Origin: Patescibacteria group bacterium
GTDB lineage: Bacteria > Patescibacteriota > Patescibacteriia > Magasanikbacterales > GWA2-37-8
DNA: 14,582 bases
Direction: 5' to 3'
NCBI GenBank assembly: GCA_004321885.1
Contig: SCQK01000010.1
Coordinates: forward strand, 1 to 14,582
Part shown: in pieces, positions 7,102-14,353 of the stretch
How positions within the stretch are numbered: position 1 is the stretch's first letter
Layout of the letters: every line of letters begins with the position of its first letter
Program-made: the position numbers and the translations under genes
The notes under the pieces: model-generated
Database searches by the model: none
What the model was told of the DNA's origin: nothing
What the model saw: the letters and a program-made list of their open reading frames with translations, nothing else

Positions 7102-8222
7102 TTCGCGATTCCCTTGTAAAATTACGCTTCTTTGACTGGAAACTGCTGGCCGCGGTTTTTCTGTTGATAGGCATGGGGCTGGCCGCTATTTACAGCGTGG
7201 ATTTGTCACGCGGCTCCGAGCTGGTTTATTTTAAAAAACAGGTTATCGCCGCCGGCCTCGGCGCTATTTTTTTGGTTGCGGCCGGGCTGACGCAAAGCTC
7301 TTTCTGGCGCTTCGCGGCCAAGTGGCTGTACCTTGGTTCGCTTCTCTCTCTGGCGGCGGTTTTACTTTTCGGTTCCACCATTCACGGCACCAGGGGCTGG
7401 TTTTCGGCTTTTGGCTTTTCTTTTCAGCCCGTGGAATTCGCGAAAATCGCGCTGATACTTCTGCTGTCCTACATTATTTATAAATTTGGGCGCAAGTTTG
7501 AGCGGCCGCTGTTTTTTTTCGGCACCGGCGCTGTTACTTTGCTCATGCTCGGCTTGGTTTTGCTTCAGCCTGATTTGGGCTCGGCATTTCTTTTGGGACT
7601 GGTGTGGCTGGGATTGGTATGGTTGGCCGGCGCGCGCCGGATTTTTATTTTGCTTTTGCTCTTGACGGTGATTTTGCTGGGGGTGGGCTCCTGGTATTTG
7701 GCGCTGAAAGATTATCAAAAAGAACGGCTCATCACTTTCGTGGACCCGGGCCGTGACCAGTTGAACGCGGGTTATAACATCACCCAGTCGGTAATAGCGG
7801 TGGGCGCTGGCAAATGGTATGGCCGCGGGCTGGGATTTGGCTCGCAAAGCCAGTTGCGTTTTTTACCAGAAGCCCAAACCGACTTTATTTTTTCCGTTAT
7901 CGGCGAAGAGTTGGGTTTTGCCGGCGCGGCCGTGATGCTGGCCCTGTTTGCCGTTGTTTTTTGGCGGCTGTTGGTTTTTATCCGCTCGGCCAAGGATGAT
8001 TTCGCGGCCAGCGCGTCCGCCGGCGCGCTCGTGCTTTTTTTGACTCAATTTTTTACCAATGTCGGGGCCAATATCGGCCTGGTGCCCATCACCGGCGTTA
8101 CCCTGCCCTTTATCAGCTACGGCGGTTCTTCACTGGCGATGAACCTGGCGCTGGTCGGCATTCTGCAGAGTCTGGCGCAGAGTACGCGAGCGCAAGTTGA
8201 CAAGGGAGCGGATTTGAGTTAA
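7098..8222 (+). CDS. ftsW: SEDS-family peptidoglycan glycosyltransferase (FtsW/RodA/SpoVE)
   Basis: Polytopic membrane protein with the SEDS signature region ..RFLPEAQTDFIFSVIGEELGFAGAAVMLALF.. and ..LPFISYGGSSL... The symbol is family-level; FtsW versus RodA cannot be decided from sequence. Confidence 0.85.
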   Translation: MIRDSLVKLRFFDWKLLAAVFLLIGMGLAAIYSVDLSRGSELVYFKKQVIAAGLGAIFLVAAGLTQSSFWRFAAKWLYLGSLLSLAAVLLFGSTIHGTRGWFSAFGFSFQPVEFAKIALILLLSYIIYKFGRKFERPLFFFGTGAVTLLMLGLVLLQPDLGSAFLLGLVWLGLVWLAGARRIFILLLLLTVILLGVGSWYLALKDYQKERLITFVDPGRDQLNAGYNITQSVIAVGAGKWYGRGLGFGSQSQLRFLPEAQTDFIFSVIGEELGFAGAAVMLALFAVVFWRLLVFIRSAKDDFAASASAGALVLFLTQFFTNVGANIGLVPITGVTLPFISYGGSSLAMNLALVGILQSLAQSTRAQVDKGADLS

Positions 8223-8236
8223 TATGTGAAGCGCGT

Positions 8237-8575
8237 ATGTCTTTTAATAAAAAAAGCAAGGGATTTTCCGAGTGGGAGCAGAGCGCGAAGATGCTCGGCA
8301 CCTGTACGGTTTGCGGGCGGGCCTATGGCTCGGGCAAAATGAAAATTCTGAAAAATGAAAAAAAGTCGCGCCTTTTGCACGCGACTTGCGCGTTTTGCAA
8401 CAGTCATTTTATGGCCATGCTGATGAAAATGGGCGGCGGGATGAGCACGATAGGCATGGTGACGGATTTGAGCCTGAATGATTCCAGGCGCCTGCTGGAT
8501 AAAGCGCCGATTACCGTGAATGAAGCCATAGAGGGGTATAAATATATCAATGAAAAGTTTTCACAAGCGAAGTAA
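8237..8575 (+). CDS. Hypothetical small protein with a CxxC...CxxC zinc-ribbon motif
   Basis: Product contains CTVCG and CAFCN 26 residues apart. No family recognised. Confidence 0.5.
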   Translation: MSFNKKSKGFSEWEQSAKMLGTCTVCGRAYGSGKMKILKNEKKSRLLHATCAFCNSHFMAMLMKMGGGMSTIGMVTDLSLNDSRRLLDKAPITVNEAIEGYKYINEKFSQAK

Positions 8576-8624
8576 TACCCCCTCTTGTCCTCCCCCTTAT
8601 AAAGGGGGAGGTTAGGTAGGGGTA
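8575..8624. repeat. Family-1 hairpin element: ATACCCCCTCTTGTCCTCCCCCTTATAAAGGGGGAGG with an imperfect outer stem TACCCCCT/AGGGGTAT
   Basis: The 23-mer core is identical to 6130..6152. Located between the zinc-ribbon gene stop and the rplY RBS. Confidence 0.7.
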
Positions 8625-8630
8625 TATAAT

Positions 8631-9365
8631 ATGTCGTTTTCTTTATCCGCTAAAACCAGAACAGAAAAAGGGGAGAAGGTGAGGAGCAAAACCGCTATTC
8701 CGGCTGTTGTTTATGGCGCCGGTTCAAAAGTTGAATCTTTGACTTTGAGCGCGGCTGATTTCGCCAAACTGTACCAGTCCGCCGGCGAGGCCAGTCTGAT
8801 TGATTTGGCCATAGACGACAAGGCAAACGGCAAGGTTTTGATTCACGCTCTTCAATACGACCCGGTAACGGACGCGGTGGCCCATGTTGATTTGCGCCGG
8901 ATAGATATGACCAAACCCATGACCGCCTCGGTGCGGCTGGTGTTTAGCGGAGAGTCGCCGGTGATAAAAGAGCAGGGCGGCACCGTGGTGCGTCACCTGG
9001 AAGAGGCGCAGGTGCGCTGTCTGCCGAAGGATTTAATCGCGCAGATTACGGTGGATTTGGGCGCTTTGAAAACTTTTGACGATGTGGTGCGCGTGCGGGA
9101 TTTGTCCTTGCCAGCCGGCGTGGCCATTATCAATCACGGGCCCGAGGATTTGGTGGTCAAAGCCCTGCCGGCCCTCACCGAAGAAGAAATCAAGGCCATG
9201 GAAGAAGCGGCTAAGCCGGCTGATTTGTCTGCCATAGAAATGGCCGGCAAGAAGAAGGAAGAAGAAGCGGCCGAGGGTGAAGAAGGCGCCGCTCTCGAGG
9301 GCGCGGCCAAGCCCGCGGCCGAGGCTAAGGCAGAAGAGAAGAAAAAAGAAGAACCGAAGAAATAA
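8631..9365 (+). CDS. rplY: 50S ribosomal protein L25 / general stress protein Ctc, with a C-terminal E/K/A-rich extension
   Basis: N-terminal region ..IPAVVYGAGSKVESLTLSAADFAKL.. and ..DAVAHVDLRRID...VRLVFSGESPVIKEQGGTVVRHLEEAQVRCLPKDLIAQITVDL.. match the L25/Ctc family. GGGG RBS. Confidence 0.85.
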   Translation: MSFSLSAKTRTEKGEKVRSKTAIPAVVYGAGSKVESLTLSAADFAKLYQSAGEASLIDLAIDDKANGKVLIHALQYDPVTDAVAHVDLRRIDMTKPMTASVRLVFSGESPVIKEQGGTVVRHLEEAQVRCLPKDLIAQITVDLGALKTFDDVVRVRDLSLPAGVAIINHGPEDLVVKALPALTEEEIKAMEEAAKPADLSAIEMAGKKKEEEAAEGEEGAALEGAAKPAAEAKAEEKKKEEPKK

Positions 9366-10301
9366 TTATTTTATAGAAATTATTACCAGCCGATCTCGCC
9401 CCGCGAGGTCGGTTTTGATTTCGCAGGATGAGGCGGGCAGGTATTTTTTTATCAGGGTTTTTATGGCTTCGCTTTGGCGCGGGTCTATTTCCAGGAGTAT
9501 TGTCATTGCGAGGCCGCTTGCGGCCGAAGCAATCCCATCCGTTATGGCAAGGGATTGCTTTGCTCCACTTCGTTCCGTTCGCAATGACAGTTGGGACAAC
9601 AGTTCTTCGTACAGCGACAACCCGTTTATCGCGTCCGCGACCAGCGCGCCCCGCGGCTCTTTTTGGATAGAGGGTTCTTTGCCGTATTGCTCGGCCGTGA
9701 GATAGGGCAGATTGGCGGTGATGATGAGCGAAGAATATTGAATAGAGAATTGAGAATTATGGATAACGGGTTCCAGCAAATTTCCATGCAGAAATTTTAT
9801 TTTTACCCCGTGCTTTTTGGCGTTTTTTTTGGCGACGCGTAGGGCCGCGCGGGAAATGTCTGTGGCGATAAGTTTGATTGACCCCCTCTTAGTCTCCCCC
9901 TTAGGCGCGCTTCGCGCGCGGGAAGCAAGGGGGAGAGAACGAGCGACCGCAATCGGCATGCATCCGCTTCCCGTTCCTACGTCAATCAAAATCGTCTTCT
10001 CTATTCTCAATTCTCTATTCTCAATTCTTCGCACAACCTCCTCCACCATCAATTCGGTTTCGGGCCGGGGGATTAAGACATTTTTGTTCACCAAAAAATC
10101 CAGGCCGTAAAATTCCTTGTGTCCGGTGATGTAGGCGATGGGCCAGCCGCGCTCGCGGAGCCGGCAGTAGTATTTGAACTTCACCCGTTTCCAAAAACTC
10201 GGTTTGTATTCCGGGTGCGCCAAGATAAATTCGCGCGATTTGCCGATAGCGTGCGCTAAAAGAATTTCCGATTTAAGGTTTTCTAAACGTGAAAAAATCA
10301 T
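9366..10301 (-). CDS. prmC: Release factor glutamine methyltransferase PrmC (HemK). Carries two in-frame insertions that coincide with palindromic elements
   Basis: Motifs ..ILIDVGTGSGCMPIAVA.., ..LIITANLPYL.. (NPPY-type) and the C-terminal ..DLAGRDRLV... Extra segments LPLASRARSAPKGETKRGS and TERSGAKQSLAITDGIASAASGLAMT map exactly onto the repeats at 9881..9937 and 9502..9588. Confidence 0.85.
   Translation of the reverse strand: MIFSRLENLKSEILLAHAIGKSREFILAHPEYKPSFWKRVKFKYYCRLRERGWPIAYITGHKEFYGLDFLVNKNVLIPRPETELMVEEVVRRIENRELRIEKTILIDVGTGSGCMPIAVARSLPLASRARSAPKGETKRGSIKLIATDISRAALRVAKKNAKKHGVKIKFLHGNLLEPVIHNSQFSIQYSSLIITANLPYLTAEQYGKEPSIQKEPRGALVADAINGLSLYEELLSQLSLRTERSGAKQSLAITDGIASAASGLAMTILLEIDPRQSEAIKTLIKKYLPASSCEIKTDLAGRDRLVIISIK
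9502..9588. repeat. Family-2 palindromic element: GTCATTGCGAGG, GGCCGCTTGCGGCC, GAAGCAATCCC, loop, GGGATTGCTT, ...CGCAATGAC. Right arm degenerate. Sits in-frame inside prmC
   Basis: Nested inverted repeats read directly. Shares ends and inner arms with the copy at 10886..10978. On the minus strand it encodes ..LSLRTERSGAKQSLAITDGIASAASGLAMT... Confidence 0.75.
9881..9937. repeat. Family-1 related hairpin: ACCCCCTCTTAGTCTCCCCCTT with a 10-bp stem TCTCCCCCTT/AAGGGGGAGA around a GC-palindromic loop GCGCGCTTCGCGCGC. Sits in-frame inside prmC
   Basis: The 5' part matches the family-1 flank ACCCCCTCTT(G/A)T(C)CTCCCCCTT seen at 8577 and 6117. Encodes the PrmC insertion ARSLPLASRARSAPKGETKRGS. Confidence 0.7.
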
Positions 10302-11808
10302 AGCTGTTTAATTCTATCGGATTATTTATATCGCGCCAGCCTTTTTTCCGCAAAGCCGAGGCAATGTCAAGCTCGCCCAGCGCCGGGCTTTGCAAAAGCA
10401 AAAGTTCGTCAAAATTTTTCAGGTTCGCGCTTTCTATCCAACCGTTGATTTCTTTCTCATCGCGATTCCAGCGCCAATAATTTTTCGTTATCACGTCAAA
10501 ATCATAATTGGCGCCAAGGCCCGGGCCCCGATAGGGGACAAGCTGAATCGGGATTTTGATGTAGCGTTCCAAGAGGGGTTTGTCTATAAAATTGCTGTAC
10601 ACCAGCGCCTGTTTTTTGGACGGATTGTAGCGGGCGGAGATTTCTTGGCGCAGGGGCCGCCAGTCATTGAGCGGCAACATTGAGTTTAGTTTTTGCAGAC
10701 CGGGCAGAGAAATAACAACCGTCGCCAAGACCACCCATTGCCAGCGCCCCAGAAATCGCCAGAGCAAAAAAGCCATCAGCAGGATGACCCACGGATAAGC
10801 GGTTTCCACGAATTTGATGTCGTAAAGCCCGAGGGCGTAAGACACGATAAGGGGAAAGAGAATGAGCACGAGGAGGGGAATTACTGTCATTGCGAGGCCT
10901 GAGGCCGAAGCAATCCCTTCCGATAAAGTTTGGGATTGCTTCGTCGTCCGGTCATCCGACCGGACTCCTCGCAATGACAAAACCAAGCCGGCGGCAAATC
11001 CGGCCATGACAAGCAGGCCGAAAGGCCACCAAGCGATACCCGTAAACATTATTTGCATCGGGGTAATGAGTTGTAAAAATTTTGGCGGCACGTGCAAAAA
11101 CCACGCCAGTTGGGCCGTGTCTATATTGAATTTTGAGACAAGAGACGGGATGGCCCACACCAGCCAGAGGCCGGCTGGAGCAAGATTTATTTTAATCCAA
11201 CCCCGCAGCGCCGTTCCGCTGTCATTCCTCCGACTAAGTACTGGGGAATCCAGTATCAATATAATAAACTGGGCCGCGAAAACAAAAAGCGCGGTGAGGT
11301 GGGTGTAGAGGAGCAAGAGGGAAATGAGGGCGTAGAATGTCGCATCCGCCGCTCTTTGAGGACTTAAAAACACTCGTTCAAAATAATCAAAAGATAATAT
11401 TACCAGCAACAAAAATAGCGTGTAGCCGCGCCCGGTGGCCGAAAGCCAAATATGATAAGGAGAAATAGACAGCAGAAGGGCGGAGATAAGGGCTATATTT
11501 TCGTCAAACAACCTTTTGGTCACGCGATAGAGCGCCGCAATGCCCAGCAGTCCGAAAAGCAGGCTGGGCAAGCGCGTAAAAAATTCATTGGCCGGAAAAA
11601 TATAAAACCATAATTTTAGGAACAGCATGTGCAGGGGCGGATTGGTTTCCCATGTCCAAAATTGAATGCTTTGGCCCCATGGTTTTTGGCTGTAGGTGAA
11701 AGAAAATATTTCATCGTGCCAAAAATCGCCGTAGCGCGCCAGAACATACGCGCGCGCGGCCAGCGCGAGAAGCAAGATGATGATAAACAATTTCGCGGCT
11801 TTACGCAT
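10273..11808 (-). CDS. GT-C fold glycosyltransferase of the PMT/ArnT family (GT39/GT83-like), polytopic membrane protein
   Basis: N-terminal TM then the first-loop DE motif (..FWHDEIFSF..), ..[15 protein letters not shown].., about 11 predicted TM segments and a C-terminal soluble domain. Start overlaps the prfA stop by 8 nt; stop overlaps the prmC start by 29 nt. Contains two in-frame palindromic-element insertions. Confidence 0.75.
   Translation of the reverse strand: MRKAAKLFIIILLLALAARAYVLARYGDFWHDEIFSFTYSQKPWGQSIQFWTWETNPPLHMLFLKLWFYIFPANEFFTRLPSLLFGLLGIAALYRVTKRLFDENIALISALLLSISPYHIWLSATGRGYTLFLLLVILSFDYFERVFLSPQRAADATFYALISLLLLYTHLTALFVFAAQFIILILDSPVLSRRNDSGTALRGWIKINLAPAGLWLVWAIPSLVSKFNIDTAQLAWFLHVPPKFLQLITPMQIMFTGIAWWPFGLLVMAGFAAGLVLSLRGVRSDDRTTKQSQTLSEGIASASGLAMTVIPLLVLILFPLIVSYALGLYDIKFVETAYPWVILLMAFLLWRFLGRWQWVVLATVVISLPGLQKLNSMLPLNDWRPLRQEISARYNPSKKQALVYSNFIDKPLLERYIKIPIQLVPYRGPGLGANYDFDVITKNYWRWNRDEKEINGWIESANLKNFDELLLLQSPALGELDIASALRKKGWRDINNPIELNSYDFFTFRKP
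10886..10978. repeat. Family-2 palindromic element, intact copy. GTCATTGCGAGG, GCCTGAGGC, GAAGCAATCCC, loop, GGGATTGCTTC, TCCGGTCATCCGACCGGA, CCTCGCAATGAC. Sits in-frame inside the GT-C gene
   Basis: Perfect 12-bp terminal inverted repeat plus three internal hairpins. Encodes ..[32 protein letters not shown].. in the same relative frame as the prmC copy. Confidence 0.8.
11221..11251. repeat. Family-3 related degenerate hairpin GTCATTCC-TCCGACTAAGTACTG-GGGAATCC inside the GT-C gene
   Basis: Shares GTCATTCC and the CCGACTAAGT core with 12885..12915. Encodes [11 protein letters not shown] in frame. Confidence 0.5.
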
Positions 11809-12862
11809 TGTCTTCTTTTTTTAAAGTTTCAATGATTGGTCCCAAATCGCCTTCCAAAATTGTTTTGATGTTGTTCCAGTTTTGATGAATGCGGTGGTCC
11901 GTAATGCGGTCTTGCGGGAAATTGTAGGTGCGGATTTTCTCGCTGCGGTCGCCGGTGCCGATTTGCCGGCGCCGTTTTTCGGTGATTTCTTTCTGCCGCT
12001 TTTCCATTTCCGCGGCGTGCAGGCGGGCGCGCAAGACTGCCATGGCTTTTTCGCGGTTGGCTGTCTGCGAGCGCTCGTCCTGGCATTGCACTATCATGCC
12101 TGTAGGGATATGCACAATACGCACAGCCGAATAGGTGGTGTTGACGCTTTGGCCTCCGTGGCCCCCGGCTGTCATTGTATCAATGCGCAAATCTTTGGGG
12201 TCTATTTTAAATTCTGTTTCTTCCATTTCGGGCAGGACCGCCACCGTGACAGTGGATGTATGCACGCGCCCTGATTTTTCCGTGTCTGGCACGCGCTGTA
12301 CGCGGTGCACCCCCATCTCATATTTCAAATCCCCGTAAACTCCGCCGGCCGGCGGACCCGCCTCCACGGAAAAAATCACTTCCTTAAAACCGCCGATGCC
12401 GATGCGGTTCGCGTCCATTAAATGGGTTTTCCAACCACGGCTTTCGGCGTAGCGGCTGTATAGGCGAAAGAGTTCGGCCGCGAACAGGGCCGATTCATCG
12501 CCGCCGGCCGCGGCGCGGATTTCCACGATGACGTTTTTTTTGTCAAACGGGTCTTGGGGGCGGAGCAGTTCCTCCAGTTCTTTCAGGAGGCGCGCAATTT
12601 TTTCTTCCAATTCAATCAGCTCGGCTTGGGCCAGCTCGCCCAGCTCGCCTGCCTCTTTTTCGGCCACCAGCCGCGTTTCGGCCAAATTTTTTTCCAGGGT
12701 TTCCAGCTCGCTGATTTTGGCCGCGGCCGGCTTCAAATCATTGTATTCCCGCGCTCTTTCTTTCAATTTTTTTGGGTCGTTAAGCACGGCCGGGCTCTGC
12801 AAATCAGCTTCCAGTTTTTGGAGTTTATTTTTTATTTCTATGTATTTTGAATTCATATTCAT
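11801..12862 (-). CDS. prfA: Peptide chain release factor 1
   Basis: Product contains ..[14 protein letters not shown].. , GGQ motif (..[13 protein letters not shown]..; i.e. GGQ) and the RF1 tripeptide-region ..VEAGPPAGG.../PxT-type region. The ORF track extends to 12889 ([10 protein letters not shown]..), but those codons derive from the tandem GTCATTCCC repeat. Likely start is ATG 12862 or 12856 (..[11 protein letters not shown]..), preceded by GGGAA. Confidence 0.85.
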   Translation of the reverse strand: MNMNSKYIEIKNKLQKLEADLQSPAVLNDPKKLKERAREYNDLKPAAAKISELETLEKNLAETRLVAEKEAGELGELAQAELIELEEKIARLLKELEELLRPQDPFDKKNVIVEIRAAAGGDESALFAAELFRLYSRYAESRGWKTHLMDANRIGIGGFKEVIFSVEAGPPAGGVYGDLKYEMGVHRVQRVPDTEKSGRVHTSTVTVAVLPEMEETEFKIDPKDLRIDTMTAGGHGGQSVNTTYSAVRIVHIPTGMIVQCQDERSQTANREKAMAVLRARLHAAEMEKRQKEITEKRRRQIGTGDRSEKIRTYNFPQDRITDHRIHQNWNNIKTILEGDLGPIIETLKKEDNA

Positions 12863-12915
12863 TGTCATTCCCGCTTCCCCCATTGTCATTCCCCCGACTA
12901 AGTCGTGGGAATGAC
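12861..12915. repeat. Family-3 hairpin GTCATTCCC-CCGACTAAGTCG-TGGGAATGAC (12885..12915), preceded by a tandem half-copy CATTGTCATTCCC (12861..12873)
   Basis: 9-bp stem GTCATTCCC/GGGAATGAC with an inner CGAC-TAA-GTCG mini-hairpin. Located at or over the prfA 5' end and RBS. Confidence 0.7.
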
Positions 12916-12925
12916 AGGTGAAATT

Positions 12926-12957
12926 AAAAACAGACCCATTTATTGTAGTCTGTTTTT
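12926..12957 (-). terminator. Rho-independent terminator downstream of rpmE. Symmetric, so could act in either direction
   Basis: AAAAACAGAC, 12-nt loop, GTCTGTTTTT. On the minus strand this reads stem-loop then TTTTT, directly 3' of the rpmE stop. Confidence 0.5.
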
Positions 12958-12971
12958 AGAAAAAATTAAAG

Positions 12972-13292
12972 CTAAGCCTTTGTTTTGTCAGCTTTTTTCG
13001 CGGTTTTCTTTTCCGTTTTGGCTGCGGCCTTTTTCTTCGCCGCGGCCTCTTTCTTCACTTTTTTGCCCTTGCGCCCGGCCGCAATAGCCGCCTTTTTCAC
13101 GGTTCTTTCCTGGAATTTTTCCACGCGGCGGGCCGTGTCCACGAATTTTTGCTTGCCGGTGTAAAACGGATGGCAGTTGCCGCAAAGCTCCACGCGGATG
13201 GCTTTGAGCGTACTGCCGGTGGTAAATTTGTTGCCGCAAGCGCAGGTAACGGCCGTGTCAGTGTGGTATTCGGGATGAATATCTTTTTTCAT
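12972..13292 (-). CDS. rpmE: 50S ribosomal protein L31 with a C-terminal K/A-rich extension
   Basis: [10 protein letters not shown]...CACGNKF...[26 protein letters not shown] is the L31 signature, including the Cys pairs. Confidence 0.9.
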   Translation of the reverse strand: MKKDIHPEYHTDTAVTCACGNKFTTGSTLKAIRVELCGNCHPFYTGKQKFVDTARRVEKFQERTVKKAAIAAGRKGKKVKKEAAAKKKAAAKTEKKTAKKADKTKA

Positions 13293-13315
13293 AGGTTAAG
13301 TTAAAAAGCGGTGGC

Positions 13316-13344
13316 ATAATAACAAATTATTCAAAAATTGTCAA
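13316..13344 (-). promoter_or_regulatory. Near-consensus sigma70-type promoter for rpmE: TTGACA-N17-TATTAT on the minus strand
   Basis: Reverse complement of 13339..13344 is TTGACA. Reverse complement of 13316..13321 is TATTAT. Spacer 17 nt. About 24 nt upstream of the rpmE ATG. Confidence 0.5.
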
Positions 13345-13352
13345 CGCGACCC

Positions 13353-13381
13353 TTGACGGAAAATAAAATTTCGTATAAAAT
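13353..13381 (+). promoter_or_regulatory. Candidate promoter for rpsB: TTGACG-N17-TAAAAT (alternatively TATAAA with a shorter spacer). Divergent from the rpmE promoter
   Basis: TTGACG at 13353..13358 and TAAAAT at 13376..13381. Followed by a roughly 150-nt leader. Confidence 0.4.
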
Positions 13382-13421
13382 CATAATACTAATTTAACTC
13401 TCACTATCCCAACGTTTTCCT

Positions 13422-13514
13422 CCCCGACGTAACGTCGGGGCGCGGGATAGGAGGTTCACCCTGTCAAATAATCCCGACTCGTCGGGATTGCCGCGGAGCG
13501 GCATTTGACAGGGT
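13422..13514 (+). promoter_or_regulatory. Highly structured rpsB 5' leader. Hairpin CCCCGACG-TAA-CGTCGGGG, then a nested three-hairpin element: ACCCTGTCAAAT [AATCCCGAC-TC-GTCGGGATT] [GCCGC-GGA-GCGGC] ATTTGACAGGGT
   Basis: Perfect 8-bp, 12-bp, 9-bp and 5-bp stems read directly. Ends 21 nt before the rpsB ATG, just upstream of the AAAGGA RBS. Confidence 0.5.
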
Positions 13515-13534
13515 AAAAAGGAAAATACAACTAT

Positions 13535-14335
13535 ATGGTAAAATTACCCGGTTTGGCCGAGATGCTTTCGGCCGGTGTGCACTTTGGGCATCAGAAATCC
13601 CGCTGGCACCCCAAGATGAAGGAGTTTCTTTTCGGCACGCGCAACGGCGTGCACATCATCAATCTGGAGCGCACCCAAGAGGAGCTGGAAAAAGCCTTAA
13701 ATTACGTGAAGGGCCTGGCCGCCGAAGGCAAGGTTATTTTATTTGTGGGCACCAAAAGGCAGGCGCGCGAACTGTTGAAAGACGCGGCGCAAAAATGCGG
13801 CATGCCCTATTTATCCGAGCGCTGGATTGGCGGCCTGGTCACCAATTTTGAAGAGGTGAAAAAGAGATTGAAAAGATACGATGAGCTGAAAGAAATGCTT
13901 AAGACCGGCGACGTGGAAAAATACACCAAAAAAGAACAGGGCCAGTTCAAAAAAACATTAGCGAAAATGGATAAGTATTTGTTTGGCCTGGTGGGTTTGA
14001 CAAAAATGTCCGATGCCCTGTATGTGGCTGATATGCGCACCGAAAAAACCGCTCTGGCCGAGGCCCAGCGCAAGCGCGTGCCCGTGGTGGCTGTTTCCGA
14101 CAGCAATACGGACCCGTCCAAAGTGGACTATGCCATTCCGGCCAACGACGACGCCCTGGGCGCCATAAAAATGATGGCTGATTTGGTGGCCGAGGCAATA
14201 AACGAAGGCAAACAGGCCTGGGAAGCAAAAAAGGCCGAGAAGATAAAGGAAGCGGCCGCGGCCGCCGCGACGGCCAAAGCCGAAGAAAAACCTGTGAAAG
14301 AAAGGAAGGCAGTGAAGAAAGAAGAGAGTATTTAA
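13535..14335 (+). CDS. rpsB: 30S ribosomal protein S2 with a C-terminal K/A/E-rich extension
   Basis: ..[18 protein letters not shown].., ..[10 protein letters not shown].., ..[11 protein letters not shown].., ..[13 protein letters not shown].. are S2 signatures. Confidence 0.9.
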   Translation: MVKLPGLAEMLSAGVHFGHQKSRWHPKMKEFLFGTRNGVHIINLERTQEELEKALNYVKGLAAEGKVILFVGTKRQARELLKDAAQKCGMPYLSERWIGGLVTNFEEVKKRLKRYDELKEMLKTGDVEKYTKKEQGQFKKTLAKMDKYLFGLVGLTKMSDALYVADMRTEKTALAEAQRKRVPVVAVSDSNTDPSKVDYAIPANDDALGAIKMMADLVAEAINEGKQAWEAKKAEKIKEAAAAAATAKAEEKPVKERKAVKKEESI

Positions 14336-14353
14336 GTAAAAAAATCTATATTG

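Noticed and set aside
7362-8301. Antisense/alternate-frame ORFs inside the SEDS gene (7362..7847, 7772..7993, 7814..7999, 7863..8048, 8113..8301)
   Set aside because: Overlap a highly conserved membrane-protein gene. Arg/Pro-rich artefact translations of GC-rich coding DNA.
9389-9420. Terminator-like hairpin CCGATCTCGC-CCCG-GCGAGGTCGG followed by TTTTGATTT just after the rplY stop
   Set aside because: It lies entirely within the prmC coding end and encodes the conserved HemK C-terminal motif DLAGRDR. It may still terminate rplY transcripts, but the structure can be explained by coding constraint alone, so not annotated.
9277-11308. Plus-strand ORFs 9277..9705, 9428..9670, 9591..9842, 9817..10110, 10390..10683, 10693..10902, 10862..11308 opposite prmC and the glycosyltransferase
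   Set aside because: Antisense to genes with clear family motifs. Several owe their openness to the palindromic elements, which read similarly on both strands.
12863-12889. prfA N-terminal extension [10 protein letters not shown] given by the ORF track
   Set aside because: Produced by the tandem GTCATTCCC repeat, which happens to contain ATGs. The conserved RF1 N-terminus starts at [11 protein letters not shown] with GGGAA upstream.
11829-12914. ORFs 11829..12086 (-), 11882..12274 (+), 11928..12134, 12135..12338, 12528..12914 and 12554..12850 overlapping prfA
   Set aside because: Alternate-frame or antisense to RF1. Low-complexity products.
6113-12915. Possibility that the recurring hairpin repeats form a CRISPR array
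   Set aside because: Copies are not regularly spaced, they differ in length and loop content, several lie inside coding frames, and no cas genes are present. They behave like dispersed palindromic mobile elements instead.
12988-13239. 83-aa minus-strand ORF overlapping rpmE in another frame, and 12905..13087 (+)
   Set aside because: rpmE has the unmistakable L31 zinc-ribbon signature. The overlapping frames are K/R-rich artefacts of its lysine-rich tail.
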